The notes below the pieces were generated by a model that had not been told where the DNA came from, did not search any database, and saw only the letters and a program-made list of their open reading frames with translations. Positions 60,491 to 64,000 of a stretch of 64,000 nt of DNA are shown piece after piece (position 1 is the stretch's first letter; every line of letters starts with the position of its first letter). The DNA is from the human T2T-CHM13v2.0 reference genome, Homo sapiens. The stretch lies in NCBI RefSeq assembly GCF_009914755.1, contig NC_060929.1. One strand, written 5' to 3'. A program made the translations under genes and the position numbers.

Positions 60491-61809
60491 TGCCAAGAAT
60501 ACTGTGTGGCTGAGGAAAGATAATTCTTAATAAATTGTTTTGCAAAAAGAGCACTTCAGAGCAATGAACTATGGAGCAAAAGGCAAAATGACGGAAACAG
60601 CAACCTTAAGTTCATATGGTTATCCTGGAGATACTGATTCTGCATTGCATTGTCGTTGCTTGCTTTTCATTTAGCTGGTCTTACATGAAGGAAATGAACT
60701 GATATTTAGTATTTATCCAAGGTAAAATTCTATAGCTGTTTTTGAATTGCCAGTCTTTTTGGTTTACATAAGCCCTTGCTGAAAACGAAAAATCTGCTGC
60801 CTGGAATCTATATATTATAGTTATTGTACATTTCCTAGGATTCTTTTGAGAAAACTAATTTTGATCAAGATTCTCACTCTTTACTGAGAAGAATCATTGG
60901 GCAAAGTATCTCTTCATCTTTTAAGAAGTTTGCTTCTCATAAGTTAAAGTAGAAATTGTTAAATAGTCAATTGAAACATTTTCAGTGGTCATACCCAAAG
61001 AGAAAGTAATAACAGTATTATTTCTTGTTTAAGTCATTATTTGCTGTTCCTTTTTCAGTTACCTCATAATTTTCATGACAGTTTTAATAGGTAGAAATAA
61101 TTACTTTCTAACTTGGACTTTTTCTACAAGTTGAATATTTTCTTTTAGTTGAGAAGTTTAAAGTATACTTTTAAAAACAAATGTATATGGTTGCTTGCAG
61201 ATACGATCAAATCACAGAATAGTTACATTTTAATTCCTTCTATCATACATTTTAATTTCTCCTGTCGTGTTAAGATAGTCTGTATAGCTTCATTGTTCAT
61301 CTGTCAGCTTTTCAGTTAACCCAAATGAGGAAACAGTCACTTTTTGAAAGATATTTAGAAGCTTTGAATGTCTAGTTTGACTTTAGAGTTAAATCTCAGA
61401 AGACATATTGCATTGAGTGTATGTGTACGTTCAGCTTAGAACTGCCTTACACTGCTGCAATAATACTGATGCACATTTAGTTGATACTGCTTACAGTTCC
61501 TTATGAACTTGTTCAGAGCAGTTCCCAGAACTCAAGGATAATCTCAACATTCATCACCCACCATATGGCCCAAACTGCTGCTTTCAGCCCAACTTCCAGC
61601 CTTCGTGGAGCATCAGACTGAAGCAGAGCTCTCAACTATTGGACTTCTAACTGTGATCCAGCCGACTTTCCTATTGAGAAACCACATAGCCCCTTTATTG
61701 GTTACTACCTCATCTTTTTTTCTTGTTCATAACCAGTCTTCTTAGAAATGTTGTCTGTACCACTTGTCTCCATGCCCTCATCAACTGCTCATTTCTCAGC
61801 CTGTTCTAG

Positions 61810-64000
61810 ATATTTTTTTAACATACTAGTATCAGGTTGTTGCAGCACTATTAGTTGAAAAGGCTATCCTTTCTTCCATTTAATTATCTTGGCCTTTTTT
61901 GAGGAAATCAATTAACTATATATGTGTAGATCTTTTTCTGAACTCTCTATTTTGTCCCATTGATCTTTAAGCCTATCCTATCCCAATATTTGGATTACTG
62001 TAGCTTCTAATAAGTCTTGAAGTCAGATAGTGTTTAAACCTCCAAATTCGATATTCTTTTTTAAAAATGGCTTTGGCTATTTTAGTTTTGTGCCTCTCCA
62101 TGCAAATTTTAGAATTAACACATGCATTTCTACAAAAAATAGAAGAGTATGGTGTTTATTGGAATTGCACTGAAGTTACAGATCAATTTGTCTTAAAATT
62201 TGACATTTTAAGAATATTGAGGGTTTTTGTATTCTTCCTGATTCTCTTTGTACTTGGTTCTCTCAGTTGTTGAGGGAGAAGTCTTAAAGTGTCTCTTACT
62301 ATGGATTTATCTTCTCACACTTCTATACAGTTTCACTTTATATATTTTGAAACTCTGTTGTTAAGTCCACAAATTTTTATATCCTTGATGAATTGACCTC
62401 TTTATTATTTTGAAAAGACCCTCTTTATTCATGCTAATATTCTTTGCTCCAAAATCTACTTTGTTTGATATTAATATAGCAACTTCTATTTTCTTTTGAT
62501 TAATGTTGGCATGGTATATCTTTTTTTCATTTTTTTATCTTTAACCTATCTATGTCTTTATATAAATAGGGTGGTAGGCAGCATATGATTCAGCCTTCTT
62601 TCTTTCTTTATCCTAGATGAAAATCTCTACCTTTTAATTGAGCTGTATAGACCATTTACATGTACTGCAATTATTAGTATGCTTGGATTTAATCTACTGT
62701 TTTCCCTTTTTATCTGTTTTATTCAATGGATTTTTGCCTTTCTTTGGATCGAACATTTAGTATTTATCTCCCTTTTTGAACTTACTAGCTATAACTATTT
62801 TATTATTTTGTTAGTTATGCTTTAGGGTTTATAGTATACATCCTTAATTATCACTGTCCCCTTTAAAATGATATTATACCATTTTACTTATCAAAAAAGA
62901 ACTTTCCAGCAGTGTACTTCCATTTCCTCCCTGGCTGACCTTGTTCTATTGTTGTCATATATTTTACTTATATATACATTATAAGCCTCATAATACTGTG
63001 GTATTACTTTTGCTTTAAGAAGTTAATTATCTTCTGAAGAGATTTAAATAATAAGAAAATCAGTATTTTACTCAGATAGTTACCATTTCCAGTTTTCATT
63101 CCTTTTGTGCAGATCCAGAGTTTCATGTGGTATCATTTTCTTTCTTTCTGAAGGGTTTCTTGTAAAATTTCATGTATTAGAGAAATCTTAATGACAGATT
63201 CTTTCAGCTTTCATATGTCTGGAAAAACATTTATTTTTGCCTACTGTTTTGGAAGATGTTAACAATGGTATATAATTCTAGGTTGATAGTTTTTTTCCCC
63301 TTTCAATACATTAAAGAAGTTGTGTCATTGTCTTCTCACTTGTATTTTTTATGATGAGAAATCTGCTGTAATCCTTTTCTCCATTTCACTGTATGTAATT
63401 TGCCTTTTTACTCTGTCTGCTTTCAAAATTTTTTCCTTCTTACTGGATTTAAGCAATTTGATTATTGTGTGCCTTGGTTGTTTTCTTATATTTCTTGTGC
63501 TTGGAGTTGAGCTTCTTGAATCTGTAAATTTTGAGTTTCATTTGTAAAATTTGGAAAACTTTTAGCTTTTATTTCTTCAAATATTTTTTCTGTTCCTCCC
63601 CCTTCACTTTCTTGAAGACTGCAGTTACGCATTTATTAGACCACTTGATGTTGCCCAACAGCTTGCTGATGTCTTTGTTTCTGTATGTACTTTACTTTGG
63701 ATAATTTCTGTTGCTGTTGATAAGTTTACTAATACCTTCCTCCACAATGTCTGATCTCTTATTAATCATATCCAGTCTATTTTTTAAAATCTCAGACATT
63801 GTGTTTTCTTCTCAGGCAGTCTGGTTTGGGCTGTTTTTATATTTTCTATGTCTCTAAATATATTTTCTAACTTTTTGAACATATGAAATACATATTATAT
63901 TGGTTTTAATGTCTTTGTCTAATAATTTAATAATCTGTAAATTTTTCTTCTCTTTGCATGCCTAGTAATTTTTATATTGGATTGCAGACATATTTTTTTG
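61810..64000 (-). mobile_element. Old L1M fragments
   Basis: Reverse-complement L1M motifs (ttgttgcagcacta...ttgaaaagg; gatgagaaatctgctgtaat; tttcttcaaatattttttctg). Confidence 0.7.

Overview
This is primate (very likely human) intronic DNA, not prokaryotic. It contains two + strand coding exons (1933-2038 and 16584-16719) that splice in frame to [82 protein letters not shown] recognise this as RANBP17 (exportin-7 paralog; from recall, exons 13-14). The rest is intron, rich in transposable elements: a 5'-inverted L1PA with TSD, an env-deleted HERV-H provirus (LTR7B-like LTRs, antisense) with a nested L1PA, a full-length THE1B, two MER85 piggyBac MITEs, two MER1B, Tigger derivatives, Alus and old L1/L2/MIR. 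Almost all ORF-track entries are repeat-derived or chance ORFs. I found no demonstrably new biological system. The best leads are: an inverted MER85 pair bracketing the second exon; two independent L1s with 5' breakpoints 7 nt apart that form a 1.6 kb inverted repeat; an RT-only ORF created by the L1 inversion; a Phe-like HERV-H PBS; a 120-bp near-perfect AT-rich palindrome; candidate stop-containing cryptic exons; and a candidate developmental enhancer. Repeat family names are from recall of consensus sequences, not from a search.
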